Shown piece by piece: positions 7,274-16,644 of a stretch of DNA of 62,755 bases. Within the stretch, counting starts at the first letter, position 1, and every line of letters starts with the position of its first letter. Below the pieces are notes generated by a model that worked only from the letters and a program-made list of their open reading frames with translations, did no database searches and had not been told where the DNA came from. A program made the translations under genes and the position numbers. Source of the DNA: Bacteroidales bacterium (GTDB taxonomy: Bacteria > Bacteroidota > Bacteroidia > Bacteroidales > WCHB1-69); contig JAQUWC010000003.1 of NCBI GenBank assembly GCA_028693085.1, positions 1 through 62,755 on the forward strand, given 5' to 3'.

Positions 7274-8125
7274 TTATATTTTTTTAATCATCTCAAACTG
7301 TTTGCCTTTTATATTAATGTTTTTCGATTTAAGGAAATCAACAATTGAATGGCAGTTAATATCGGTGTTTAGTAATTTTGTTTTAGAATTTTTATTAAGC
7401 TTACTCATTTCGTGAAGTAGTAATGAAGCAACTCCTTTTCTTCTATGAGCTTTGTCAACAGCCATTTGAGTTATGTCGCCCGAATTTGGCTCAAAAACAC
7501 AATATCCTATAATCTTTTTATTTGAAAATGCACCTAAACAGATAAAATCCTCACTTGTTCTTTGAATAGATTCAAAACTATTTTGCCAGGAAGGATAAAA
7601 ATCCCAAAAAGTCGGAATGGTATCGTATTTATTAATGTTAATAGGTTCAATTAAATAACTATATTTATTTTTTATTGAATCAATTTTGATTTCTTCATTA
7701 TTCCATATGAAAAAGTTAAATTCACGGCTTATCTCAAATCCTATTTTTTGATAAACGGAAATAGCTTGTTTGTTATGTTTCAAAACTTCTAATATATAAT
7801 AATTTATATTTGCTTCTTTTAAAAAGGGAATGGAATAGGTGAATATTTTTGTTGCTAAACCTTTACCTCTGTATTCCTTCAGTGTTCCTGTTCCTGTATC
7901 GTAAGCCATTTTTCTTCCATTGAAATCTCCAATACCATTCAAGGTAAATGCAGCAATATCTTCTCCATTGAATGCGGCAAAGGATAAATCGGGATTAAAA
8001 CCACGTCTTTTCCACATGGTCTTAAGTTCATATTTGTTTAATTGTATGTCATAGTCGGCAAATGCCTTGCTAAAAGCCTTGAAGATTGTTTCAAAGTCGA
8101 TATTCGTAAGCGATTTAATTTCCAT
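7274..8125 (-). CDS. GNAT family N-acetyltransferase with tandem GNAT domains
   Basis: 283 aa with two acetyl-CoA-binding type motifs, YRGKGLATKIF and HRRKGVASLLL. Confidence 0.8.
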   Translation of the reverse strand: MEIKSLTNIDFETIFKAFSKAFADYDIQLNKYELKTMWKRRGFNPDLSFAAFNGEDIAAFTLNGIGDFNGRKMAYDTGTGTLKEYRGKGLATKIFTYSIPFLKEANINYYILEVLKHNKQAISVYQKIGFEISREFNFFIWNNEEIKIDSIKNKYSYLIEPININKYDTIPTFWDFYPSWQNSFESIQRTSEDFICLGAFSNKKIIGYCVFEPNSGDITQMAVDKAHRRKGVASLLLHEMSKLNKNSKTKLLNTDINCHSIVDFLKSKNINIKGKQFEMIKKI

Positions 8126-8140
8126 TATCTATTTTTTTTG

Positions 8141-8148
8141 CAAAAGTA
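8141..8148 (-). promoter_or_regulatory. candidate -7 box (TACTTTTG on minus strand) for the GNAT gene
   Basis: The plus-strand sequence caaaagta lies 16 nt upstream of the start codon at 8125. Confidence 0.4.
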
Positions 8149-8261
8149 ATCTTTTTTTAATTATCCTTTTGATTAATGATAATTCATTGAAAAAAATTAA
8201 AAGGTTATAAAGTTTGTAAAGTCGAAAGTTATTATCAGTTAGGAAAAAATTATCTGCTATC

Positions 8262-8316
8262 CGTTTTTCAATGCGTTGACTTGCGACCTGTGACTTTAAT
8301 TTCGTAATTTCCTTCG
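8262..8316. repeat. REP-like dispersed repeat, copy 3 (inverted relative to copy 2)
   Basis: It contains aatgcgttga (8270-8279, as in copy 1). It also contains gacttgcgac (8278-8287), the reverse complement of gtcgcaagtc in copy 2, and ttccttcg (8309-8316), the reverse complement of cgaaggaa in copy 2. Confidence 0.55.
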
Positions 8317-8411
8317 AAAATCACCCCACCCTATCTTTAGGCAAAATGCTGTATCACGATTTTTTAGGGGAGAGAGGCATTTCATATCTGACTTTTACCA
8401 TTAACAGAATC

Positions 8412-8457
8412 AGCAAAAATCCCTTTCGTGCGTAAAGTTTACACACAAAAGGGATTT
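8412..8457 (-). terminator. Rho-independent terminator of the methyltransferase gene
   Basis: The stem pairs aaatcccttt (8417-8426) with aaagggattt (8448-8457). On the minus strand it is followed by a T-run. It lies 52 nt downstream of the stop codon at 8509. Confidence 0.65.
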
Positions 8458-8508
8458 CAATTTTACATTTTAATAAAACCACAAAATTATGGCTGATTTT
8501 ATTATACT

Positions 8509-9282
8509 TTACATCTTCTTTCCTATATAAAACATATAGCCATAATATGCCTTATATTTGTAGTATAACTCTGCCTCATATTGTTGGGAAACGATAAATT
8601 CTTCTATGGTTTTGTTCCCTTTATATTTTTTCAGAAAGGATTCTCGCCTGAAAGTTTGCCAAGTATAATAGTCTGTCCAAATAGTTTCGGGCAAGATATA
8701 AGTGGCAATCGGAAGATAGCCTGCTTTCTGCATTTGAGCAACTTTATTCGAGATTGTATCTATTTCGGGATAGATTTTGTGCCAAAATTCCTGAATTTCA
8801 GCAGGACGTTCTTCAGTAAACCAAGTGTTTTCTGTAACGGCGATATATCCGCCTGGTTTAAGGAATTTTCGCCATTCGTTCAATCCGCGCTCAAATCCAA
8901 TGTTATAAATTGCCCCTTCCGACCAAATCAAGTCAAAATCTTCTTTCTGAAACGGAAGATTTTCCATATTTCCGACAATGCCTTTCACTCTATCTTGAAG
9001 GTTTTTGATTTGGGCATTTTGCTTGAATTGATGGATAAAATCGTGGCAATTATCAACACCGATAATCATTTCACAGGGGGTATTTTCTCCTAATACCATT
9101 GTTTGTCCGCCTGTTCCACAACCAATATCGGCAATTTTCGACTTTTCGGTAAGACCGTCTATAAATCCCAATGCTTTGAGTGTTTCTTTGCAATTTCCGG
9201 GACCTTGTCGCTCTGATTCTGAAAAATATTCATAAATAATATCTAAGTTAAATTCGTGAATTGTTGGTTTTTCGTTATTCAT
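8509..9282 (-). CDS. class I SAM-dependent methyltransferase
   Basis: 257 aa with the SAM-binding motif I sequence [12 protein letters not shown] and a downstream acidic loop (IIGVDN). Confidence 0.85.
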   Translation of the reverse strand: MNNEKPTIHEFNLDIIYEYFSESERQGPGNCKETLKALGFIDGLTEKSKIADIGCGTGGQTMVLGENTPCEMIIGVDNCHDFIHQFKQNAQIKNLQDRVKGIVGNMENLPFQKEDFDLIWSEGAIYNIGFERGLNEWRKFLKPGGYIAVTENTWFTEERPAEIQEFWHKIYPEIDTISNKVAQMQKAGYLPIATYILPETIWTDYYTWQTFRRESFLKKYKGNKTIEEFIVSQQYEAELYYKYKAYYGYMFYIGKKM

Positions 9283-9831
9283 ATTCTTTTATTTTGTTGC
9301 ATACACGAGAAGCATTACAATGCTTTCATCCATGTAGGCAGATTAAAAACTTACATTAACTCAATAAAAAACTGCTCTCGAAAAGGAGTATCCGAGAACA
9401 AACCAAAACACAATCTATACAAAAAGTACAGATTGTTTACAGAACAATATCCAAATTAAACATAAACATTCAGTTGTTTTTAACAGGCGCAAATGTACAT
9501 AAAATTGACTAATTACACACAGACGGATAAAAATTTATTTCAAAATTTTTAGAGGAAAAATACTCTTTTTTATGTATACTAGGAAATGGTTAGAATTTTT
9601 TTCGGGTAGTGGACAATGTTTGATGAATTTTCTGGATTAAACTGTCTCCTATATTTTTACCATAAAATCCGATTCTATTCGTTGCTTCCGTATTATTCGT
9701 GTGCTAAAAAAAACCAGTAAGAAATGATTTGTTCATTAAATTTAAATGATTCTTCGTTTCGATCATACCATGTATTAAATATCATAATTTATATAGGATA
9801 ATTTTGATAAAGAATCAATTTTTATTTTGTT

Positions 9832-9839
9832 TATTTTTG
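9832..9839 (+). promoter_or_regulatory. candidate -7 box TATTTTTG upstream of the PHP-like gene
   Basis: It matches TAnnTTTG and lies about 50 nt upstream of the ATG at 9891. A second match, TAATTTTG, is at 9799-9806. Confidence 0.35.
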
Positions 9840-9890
9840 CACCACTAATTTCTGACGATATTTAATAATTACATTTAAGTAGAATCGTAT

Positions 9891-10922
9891 ATGAATTTAT
9901 ATATGAAAAACGTTTTTTTTGTTATTATATTCTTGATTATAAGTGTTCAAGTGTTTTCTCAGGAGAATGTAAACGGTAATTTGAATGATGAAATTATCAT
10001 TGGGAACAAAATATTAACCATATATAATCCCTATAAATATACCGATTGGAAAGGTTCGATGCGTTTAAAAGGACAAATGCATGCACACAGTACGAATTCG
10101 GATGGGTCGTTTGCGTCTGATAGTGTTGCTCGTTTACTGGCTACGGTTGGATATGATTTCTGGACGATGACCGACCATAACGTGATTACTCCCGAACCAG
10201 CGTCAAATTCATTGATTTGGATGGGAAATAGTTATGAGCATAGTAATACGAATCAACATGTTTGTGTTTATTTGGCGGATGAGATAGGCTTGTTAGATAA
10301 AAAAATAAATGCATTAATCAAGTCTTTTGCTGCTAAAGGGAATAGTATACTCAATTATGCGCATCCTTGGACTCCTTTGAACAAAAGTTTGTCGTCGACG
10401 ATAAAGGGTCTGACTTTCGTTGAGGTATGGAATAATGGGACCATTAAATCGATGGAATGGGATGTTTTATTGTCGAAAAATCACAAAGTATTTGCGTTAG
10501 CCGTTGACGATTTTCATCGATTGGAACATCTAAAAACCGGATGGATAGAGGTGTTATGTCAAGAAAAAACCACAGAAAATATTTGGTATAATCTATTAAA
10601 GGGAAATTATTACTGTGTGAACGGAATAGGTCCGCATCCTTCCCATCGTATCAATGCCATACAATTGGAAAATATAGATATAAAGGATGGACGTCTTGTG
10701 GTAAAAACCCAAAATACCGGACTCTCCATTACTTTTATAGGCAAGAATGGGGTGGTATTATTGACAGCCAATGATGTTTCGGAAGCCTATTATGCTTTTG
10801 ACGGCACAGAAAGCTATGTAAGAGTGCAAATACAACTTGGTAAAATGATATTGTGGACACAACCGATTTTTATCCTTTCAAAAAGAAAGAACTATGAATT
10901 CGGATGCTTGTTTAAAGAATGA
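9891..10922 (+). CDS. secreted PHP-domain (CehA/McbA-like) metallo-phosphoesterase family protein
   Basis: 343 aa. It has an N-terminal signal peptide (VFFVIIFLIISVQVFSQ). The PHP motif I-like sequence GQMHAHSTNSDGS is followed by WTMTDHN. Confidence 0.7.
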   Translation: MNLYMKNVFFVIIFLIISVQVFSQENVNGNLNDEIIIGNKILTIYNPYKYTDWKGSMRLKGQMHAHSTNSDGSFASDSVARLLATVGYDFWTMTDHNVITPEPASNSLIWMGNSYEHSNTNQHVCVYLADEIGLLDKKINALIKSFAAKGNSILNYAHPWTPLNKSLSSTIKGLTFVEVWNNGTIKSMEWDVLLSKNHKVFALAVDDFHRLEHLKTGWIEVLCQEKTTENIWYNLLKGNYYCVNGIGPHPSHRINAIQLENIDIKDGRLVVKTQNTGLSITFIGKNGVVLLTANDVSEAYYAFDGTESYVRVQIQLGKMILWTQPIFILSKRKNYEFGCLFKE

Positions 10923-10936
10923 AAATAAAGAAGAGA

Positions 10937-12058
10937 TTATGATGTAAGATTACAATACAAATCCTTTAATATTTTTTCTTCATTTTCCCAGGTGAGCTGG
11001 GGACTTGCTTTAGTACAATTTTCTTTAACCTTTGCATACATCTCTTTGTTTTCTATCCACTCATTGACAGCAGCCGCTATGCTTGTAGGGGCTAAATCGG
11101 GTATGATTTTTCCCACTTGATAGGTTTCGACTATGCGTCGACGTTCAGGCAAATCGGTGGTAATGAAAGGAGTTTCTGCTCGTATGTATTCAAAAAGTTT
11201 ATTGGGTAAACTAAAGCGATGATTGATACTGTTATCTTTATCGAAAGTGATACCGATATCGGAGAGGTAGGTATAGTTAAACAACAAATCAGGTGAAACT
11301 CTGTCAACGAATTTTACCTGATTATCGATATTAAGTTCCTTTACCCTATGTTTTATGTAGGGTATAGCGCTTCCTGCACCTACAATCAATAGAAATCCCT
11401 TATGAATCAGGGGAAGTGCTTCAATAAGTTCTTCTCCACCCCGATTGTAGTGTATGGCATTTCCTTGTAAAATAAGAATAACCTTATCATCGGGAAGTCC
11501 CAAGGATGCTTTGGTTTCACTTAGAGAAGGGGGTATTGCTTTAGGGATGTTTCGTACGACATTGATTTTCAGTTTGTATTCTTCTTCATACAAATCGGCT
11601 ATAGATTGACATACGGTGATGACGTGTTTCAAACGAGGGAAACAAAATCTTTCAATACTCAGCCAACAGGCTTTTACTACGGGGCGGTTAACTATTTCGC
11701 TCATGCCGCAGAAATATTCATGGCTGTCATATACTAAGGGTTTCTTTCGGAGTTTACTTACCAGAAAATTTGGCAGCAGTGTGTCCAAGTCGTTGGCAAC
11801 AAGGATATCGCATTGTTGAAATAAAAGATAGAAAAAAAGTTTAAGGTTAAAACAAGCATAAAAAAGAGCACCTTTTCGAAAAAGCATTGAAAATCGTTTG
11901 CATGCATAGGGTTTAGGAGGTAGTTTAGGGGAATCTACATATTTTCTGCCGATTAGCAGTACTTCAAAGCCGAATGAAAGGAGAGAATGACATACTTTAT
12001 CCACACGTGGGTCGGTGTATAGGTCATTGGTAACAGAAAGTATGACTTTCTTTTTCAT
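10937..12058 (-). CDS. glycosyltransferase, GT4/group 1 family
   Basis: It has GT-B fold features, including a C-terminal FSLPNKLFEYIRAETPFITTD match to the E-x7-E region. The start is placed at MKKKVILSV (12058), so the gene abuts rather than overlaps the secA stop codon. Confidence 0.85.
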   Translation of the reverse strand: MKKKVILSVTNDLYTDPRVDKVCHSLLSFGFEVLLIGRKYVDSPKLPPKPYACKRFSMLFRKGALFYACFNLKLFFYLLFQQCDILVANDLDTLLPNFLVSKLRKKPLVYDSHEYFCGMSEIVNRPVVKACWLSIERFCFPRLKHVITVCQSIADLYEEEYKLKINVVRNIPKAIPPSLSETKASLGLPDDKVILILQGNAIHYNRGGEELIEALPLIHKGFLLIVGAGSAIPYIKHRVKELNIDNQVKFVDRVSPDLLFNYTYLSDIGITFDKDNSINHRFSLPNKLFEYIRAETPFITTDLPERRRIVETYQVGKIIPDLAPTSIAAAVNEWIENKEMYAKVKENCTKASPQLTWENEEKILKDLYCNLTS

Positions 12059-12060
12059 GT

Positions 12061-15000
12061 TTATTCCCGTCCGTGACAATTTTTATATTTCTTACCACTT
12101 CCGCAGGGGCAAGGTTCATTTCGGCCGACACGTTTTTCCACTTTGATGGGTTGGGTAATTTCAGGTTTCGATGTTTGTTGTGTCGCTACTTCTTCGCGTC
12201 CGGTTTTCAATTTACGATTGTCGGAAGAAGGTAATTGAGCTGAGTGTACGTGCTGTGGTTCTTGCAAAGGTATTTGGCAGTTGTTTAAAAACGAAACGAT
12301 ATCTTTATAAATGCCGGTAATCATACGGGAAAATAAGTCGTAGGATTCGAATTTATATATCAACAGCGGGTCTTTTTGTTCATAAGATGCATTTTGTACG
12401 GATTGTTTTAGGTCGTCCATTTCGCGAAGATGTTCTTTCCAAGCGTCATCGATGATGGCTAAAGTCATGCTTTTTTCGATGGTTAGGGCAAGTTCGCGTA
12501 CGCCATTTTCCATACATCGTTTTAAGTTGGCTACAATTTGCAAGTTCCTTTTGCCATCGGTCAATGGAATGGCTATGTTTTCGTAGCGATTGCCTTCTCT
12601 CTCATACACGATTTGAATAATGGGCATGGCTTTTTCCGACATTTTCAATAAACGTGGTTTATATTGGTTGTAGGCAACATCATAAAGTTTATCGGCGATA
12701 TCGTCTTCTTTTTCTTGGAAAAATTGTTTGTCGTCCACGGGACTTTCACAGGCTAAGATAGAAATACAAGCTCGTTGGAATCCTTCAAAGTTACGATCTT
12801 CTTGATACGAAGATACGATATAAGAGCATATATTGCGAAACATTTCGGCGATGTCGAGTTCCAAACGATCGCCATAGAGGGCGTTTCTTCTTTTCTTGTA
12901 AATGCTTTCTCTTTGTTTGTTCATCACATCATCATATTCGAGCAAGCGTTTACGAATTCCGAAGTTATTTTCTTCTACTTTCTTTTGTGCTCTTTCTATG
13001 GAGTTTGAAATCATATTATGCTGAATCACTTCACCTTCTTTAAATCCAAGTCGGTCCATGATTTTGGCAATACGATCTGATCCGAACAAACGCATCAGGT
13101 CATCTTCGAGCGAGACAAAGAATTGTGAGGAGCCCGGGTCGCCTTGACGTCCGGCACGTCCACGCAACTGACGGTCGACGCGACGTGAATCGTGACGCTC
13201 CGTACCGACAATGGCTAAGCCTCCCAGTTCTTTTACATTCGATCCTAATTTGATGTCGGTTCCACGTCCGGCCATATTTGTGGCTATGGTTACCGCCTTC
13301 ATTTGTCCGGCTTCGGCTACAATATCGGCTTCTTTTTTATGTAGTTTAGCGTTTAATACATTGTGTTTAATCTTACGAGTCGTTAAGATTTTAGAAAGTA
13401 ATTCCGAAGTCTCGACAGAGGTAGTCCCCACCAGAACAGGTCGACCTAATTCATTTAGGGCTATGATTTCGTTAACGATAGCTGCATATTTCTCGCGTTT
13501 GGTTTTATAGACTAAGTCTTCTCGGTCGTCTCTAACAATGGGTTTATTGGTTGGTATGGTAACTACATCCAGTTTATAAATATTCCAAAATTCACCGGCC
13601 TCGGTTTCAGCTGTACCCGTCATACCAGCTAATTTTCGGTACATACGGAAATAGTTTTGAAGGGTAATGGTAGCATAAGTTTGTGTGGCGGCTTCAACTT
13701 TCACATTTTCTTTCGCCTCAATTGCCTGATGCAAGCCATCACTGTAGCGTCGACCTTCCATAATACGTCCGGTTTGTTCATCCACGATTTTAACTTTATT
13801 GTCTAAAATAACATATTCCACGTCTTTTTCAAACATGGTATAGGCTTTTAACAATTGTTGTATCGTGTGAATGCGTTCGGAAGCAATGGAGAAATTACGA
13901 TAAATTTCGTTTTTCTTTTCCACTTTCTCTTCGTCGGAAAGATTTAATTTCTCTAATTCGGCAATTTCACTCCCAATATCAGGGATGATAAAAAACTTTG
14001 CTTCTTCGGCATTGTTTGAAACTAATTCTATCCCTTTTTCTTTTATATCGACAGAGTTAAGTTTTTCCTCAATGACAAAATAAAGTTCATCATCGATGAT
14101 GGGCATGTTTTTATTTTGTTCGGCCATATAAAAACTTTCGGTTTTCAATAGCAATTGTTTCATGCCCGGTTCGCTTAACATTTTGATTAAAGCTTTATTT
14201 TTAGGCAGACCCCTGTGCGCTCGTAACAATAGTTTAGCTCCTTCTTCTTCGTTTTTCGGATTGGATTTATCGGTAAGCAAGCGTCTTGATTCCGACAATA
14301 AATTATTGACTAATTGTCGTTGAGCGTTATATAGTCTTTCAACAATGGGTTTATAGGTGTCGAATTCTTGTTGATCGCCGCGAGGCGTAGGACCGGAAAT
14401 AATCAAAGGGGTACGCGCATCATCAATCAAAACAGAGTCGACCTCATCGACAATGGCATAGTTATGTCGTCGTTGCACTAATTCGGTGATATTACGCGAC
14501 ATATTATCTCTAAGGTAGTCGAAGCCGAATTCATTGTTGGTTCCGAATGTAATATCGGTCATATAGGCTTTTCTTCTTTCATCTGAATTTGGTTCGTGTT
14601 TGTCGATACAATCCACACTTAAACCATGGAATTGATACAACATTCCCATCCATTCAGAGTCACGTTTGGCTAAGTAGTCATTGACAGTAACCACATGCAC
14701 TCCCTCGCCTGTTAATGCGTTGAGATAAACCGGTAAAGTGGCAACCAAGGTTTTTCCTTCACCGGTCGCCATTTCGGCAATCTTGCCTTGATGTAATACG
14801 GTTCCACCGATTAGCTGTACATCGTAATGACACATATCCCAAGTAATCAAATTACCACCGGCCATCCATTCGTTTTGGTAAATAGCTTTATCTCCGTTTA
14901 TGTTGATGCAGTCGTATTTTGCGGCTAAATCACGATCGAAATCATTGGCTGTTACCATGATTTCTTTGTTTTCTTTAAAACGCCGTGCCGTTTCTTTCAT

Positions 15001-15342
15001 AACGGCAAAAGCTTCGGGAAGAATTTCGTTCAAAACTGCTTCGGAAGTTTGATATATACTATCTTCTAATTGTTCGGTTTCTGCATATAAACTTTCCTTT
15101 TCTTTGACATCCATGTCATAGTTTTGTTCAAGATTTCGCTTGATTTCTAACATTCTAGCTTTTTCTTCTTTGACCTCTTCTTCAATACGAGCTTTGAATT
15201 CCAGTGTTTTATGACGAAGTTCGTCATTTGTTAATTTTTCTATTTGCGGATATGTGTTTTGTATCTTAAGTAGGATAGGATTTAATTCTTTCAAATCCTT
15301 ATCTGATTTTGTACCGAATATCTTTTGTAACCAATTAGCCAT
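12061..15342 (-). CDS. secA: preprotein translocase ATPase SecA
   Basis: 1093 aa. It has a Walker A motif ([14 protein letters not shown]), a DEAD-like [19 protein letters not shown] segment, and the C-terminal zinc-finger tail [14 protein letters not shown]. Confidence 0.98.
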   Translation of the reverse strand: MANWLQKIFGTKSDKDLKELNPILLKIQNTYPQIEKLTNDELRHKTLEFKARIEEEVKEEKARMLEIKRNLEQNYDMDVKEKESLYAETEQLEDSIYQTSEAVLNEILPEAFAVMKETARRFKENKEIMVTANDFDRDLAAKYDCININGDKAIYQNEWMAGGNLITWDMCHYDVQLIGGTVLHQGKIAEMATGEGKTLVATLPVYLNALTGEGVHVVTVNDYLAKRDSEWMGMLYQFHGLSVDCIDKHEPNSDERRKAYMTDITFGTNNEFGFDYLRDNMSRNITELVQRRHNYAIVDEVDSVLIDDARTPLIISGPTPRGDQQEFDTYKPIVERLYNAQRQLVNNLLSESRRLLTDKSNPKNEEEGAKLLLRAHRGLPKNKALIKMLSEPGMKQLLLKTESFYMAEQNKNMPIIDDELYFVIEEKLNSVDIKEKGIELVSNNAEEAKFFIIPDIGSEIAELEKLNLSDEEKVEKKNEIYRNFSIASERIHTIQQLLKAYTMFEKDVEYVILDNKVKIVDEQTGRIMEGRRYSDGLHQAIEAKENVKVEAATQTYATITLQNYFRMYRKLAGMTGTAETEAGEFWNIYKLDVVTIPTNKPIVRDDREDLVYKTKREKYAAIVNEIIALNELGRPVLVGTTSVETSELLSKILTTRKIKHNVLNAKLHKKEADIVAEAGQMKAVTIATNMAGRGTDIKLGSNVKELGGLAIVGTERHDSRRVDRQLRGRAGRQGDPGSSQFFVSLEDDLMRLFGSDRIAKIMDRLGFKEGEVIQHNMISNSIERAQKKVEENNFGIRKRLLEYDDVMNKQRESIYKKRRNALYGDRLELDIAEMFRNICSYIVSSYQEDRNFEGFQRACISILACESPVDDKQFFQEKEDDIADKLYDVAYNQYKPRLLKMSEKAMPIIQIVYEREGNRYENIAIPLTDGKRNLQIVANLKRCMENGVRELALTIEKSMTLAIIDDAWKEHLREMDDLKQSVQNASYEQKDPLLIYKFESYDLFSRMITGIYKDIVSFLNNCQIPLQEPQHVHSAQLPSSDNRKLKTGREEVATQQTSKPEITQPIKVEKRVGRNEPCPCGSGKKYKNCHGRE

Positions 15343-15395
15343 TTTCTTTATATTGAGATTTTTATATCGTAACTCATTTGTTTATTATCAAGAAG

Positions 15396-15403
15396 CAAAG
15401 TTA
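15396..15403 (-). promoter_or_regulatory. candidate -7 box (TAACTTTG on minus strand) for secA
   Basis: The plus-strand sequence caaagtta lies about 55 nt upstream of the secA ATG. Confidence 0.4.
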
Positions 15404-15606
15404 CGCTTTTTTTAGCCATAAAATTTGATAATAAAAAAATATATGGAGTTTTCTTGTATTAAATGTAAATGGGAGGGGGAGATAAGATGTTAAAGAGTGT
15501 TTGTAATCAGGTTCAACTTCAAATAAGCGAATGCAAATAGAAGCTTATTTATAATATTTTTTTCTTGATGAGTGGAATAAGAAGTAAATATCCTATAATT
15601 CGGTAT

Positions 15607-15978
15607 TTATTTCGAATTTGAAGTTTGATTTTTATAGGCTTCTAATTTTTCTTTTTGTAGTTCAATGGTGTAATTTAATTGATCAATGATTCTATGGTAG
15701 CGAATAATTTCTTCCTGCATTTGTTTCATTTTTTCTTCGACTGATGTTGATTCTAGCAGCATTTCGCCTTTCCCAAATAAAATATAGTTTACATTTATGG
15801 GATAAAATTTTTTAAGAGAATTTAGGATATCTGTTGAAACTTTTTGTTTTTTCTTCCGAATATCGGTTAAAAGAGAACCGCTACGACCAATTTTTTTTGG
15901 AATTTCACTGTAGTTCCTTATAAATCCATGTCGTTTTAGTTCTTCAATTACAAGAATAAATCTTTCGTTTTCAATCAT
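15607..15978 (-). CDS. phage CI-repressor-like HTH protein with C-terminal coiled coil
   Basis: 123 aa. The N-terminal part (FILVIEELKRHGFIRNYSEIPKKIGRSGSLLTDIRKKKQKVSTDILNSLKKFYPINVNYILFGKGEM) resembles the Phage_CI_repr type HTH, which ends in the characteristic NxxYLxxGxGxM. The C-terminal half is heptad-rich. Confidence 0.65.
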   Translation of the reverse strand: MIENERFILVIEELKRHGFIRNYSEIPKKIGRSGSLLTDIRKKKQKVSTDILNSLKKFYPINVNYILFGKGEMLLESTSVEEKMKQMQEEIIRYHRIIDQLNYTIELQKEKLEAYKNQTSNSK

Positions 15979-16045
15979 TATTTTTTAGTTTTGGTTAAAC
16001 TTGAAATATATCCTATAAAATCTTATTATATCTTAAAAATAATAG

Positions 16046-16053
16046 TATATTTG
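16046..16053 (+). promoter_or_regulatory. candidate -7 box TATATTTG for the 94-aa gene
   Basis: It matches TAnnTTTG and lies 53 nt upstream of the ATG at 16106. Confidence 0.45.
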
Positions 16054-16089
16054 TGGTGTCAAAAAATAATAAATTCTGGTACCACAAAT
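16049..16089. promoter_or_regulatory. candidate operator: perfect 9-bp inverted repeat ATTTGTGGT-N23-ACCACAAAT
   Basis: The half-sites are at 16049-16057 and 16081-16089. The left half overlaps the -7 box. The site lies between the divergent HTH gene and the 94-aa gene. Confidence 0.5.
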
Positions 16090-16105
16090 TTAAAAAAAAA
16101 TCTAT

Positions 16106-16390
16106 ATGAAACTATATACTTATAAGGATTTAAAAAATAATCCTGAAAAAATGAAAGAATTCAGAAAAAAGCTTCCTTGGAATTTTGCTTCCTACCTGTA
16201 TAAAAAGTATGAACTTGTTGCAAAAGAGCAAGGACTGGATAAACCTAAATATTCTTTATCTACGATACGCAAAGTAGCTAAAGGAGAAAGAAACAATGAA
16301 GCCGTACTCAAAGATTTGATAAAAATAGTAAATGCCCGGGAAAAAGTAAAAGATATTCAGATTAGACTTGATAAGGGTTTGGGAAAGTAA
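16106..16390 (+). CDS. small hypothetical protein (94 aa, basic)
   Basis: It is an ORF with its own promoter-like box, divergent from the CI-like gene. No family recognised. Confidence 0.5.
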   Translation: MKLYTYKDLKNNPEKMKEFRKKLPWNFASYLYKKYELVAKEQGLDKPKYSLSTIRKVAKGERNNEAVLKDLIKIVNAREKVKDIQIRLDKGLGK

Positions 16391-16394
16391 ATTT

Positions 16395-16484
16395 TGGCGG
16401 AGAGACAGGGATTCGAACCCTGGGTACCTGTAAAGGTACAACGGTTTTCGAGACCGCCCCGATCGACCACTCCGGCATCTCTCC
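16395..16484 (-). tRNA. tRNA-Ser (anticodon CGA), CCA encoded
   Basis: The minus-strand sequence is GGAGAGATGCCGGAGTGGTCGATCGGGGCGGTCTCGAAAACCGTTGTACCTTTACAGGTACCCAGGGTTCGAATCCCTGTCTCTCCGCCA. It has a 7-bp acceptor stem, the anticodon loop CT-CGA-AA, a long variable arm (class II), and the T-loop GGTTCGAATCC. Confidence 0.95.
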
Positions 16485-16495
16485 TTTTTTTTGTG

Positions 16496-16503
16496 CAAAA
16501 GTA
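16496..16503 (-). promoter_or_regulatory. candidate -7 box (TACTTTTG on minus strand) for tRNA-Ser
   Basis: The plus-strand sequence caaaagta lies 12 nt upstream of the mature tRNA 5' end. Confidence 0.5.
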
Positions 16504-16644
16504 AATAAAATAACATCCAATTCATCTATTATTTTGAGAATAATTTTTATTGTCTTTAGAGTAAATGAATAATAAAATGAAATTCATTCTATTAAAATAA
16601 AACTTACATATAACAAACTGCCGATTTTTTCGTTTAAATGATAG

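Noticed and set aside
9283-9420. A possible SAM riboswitch in the leader of the SAM-dependent methyltransferase.
   Set aside because: I could not find the conserved SAM-I/II/V core helices or junction motifs. Only two short generic hairpins are present.
12059-12079. The N-terminal extension of the glycosyltransferase ORF (MSRTGIN...), which overlaps the secA stop codon.
   Set aside because: The extension begins at an alternative start and overlaps secA. The internal ATG of MKKKVILSV gives a typical GT4 N-terminus and a clean 2-nt gene junction.
15520-15560. A hairpin (aaataagc-N14-gcttattt) downstream of the CI-like gene as its terminator.
   Set aside because: The stem is AT-rich with a 14-nt loop and has only a 3-T tail on the relevant strand. 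This is too weak to annotate.
16256-16525. An 89-aa minus-strand ORF.
   Set aside because: It reads straight through tRNA-Ser and the 3' end of the 94-aa gene. The tRNA cloverleaf is unambiguous.
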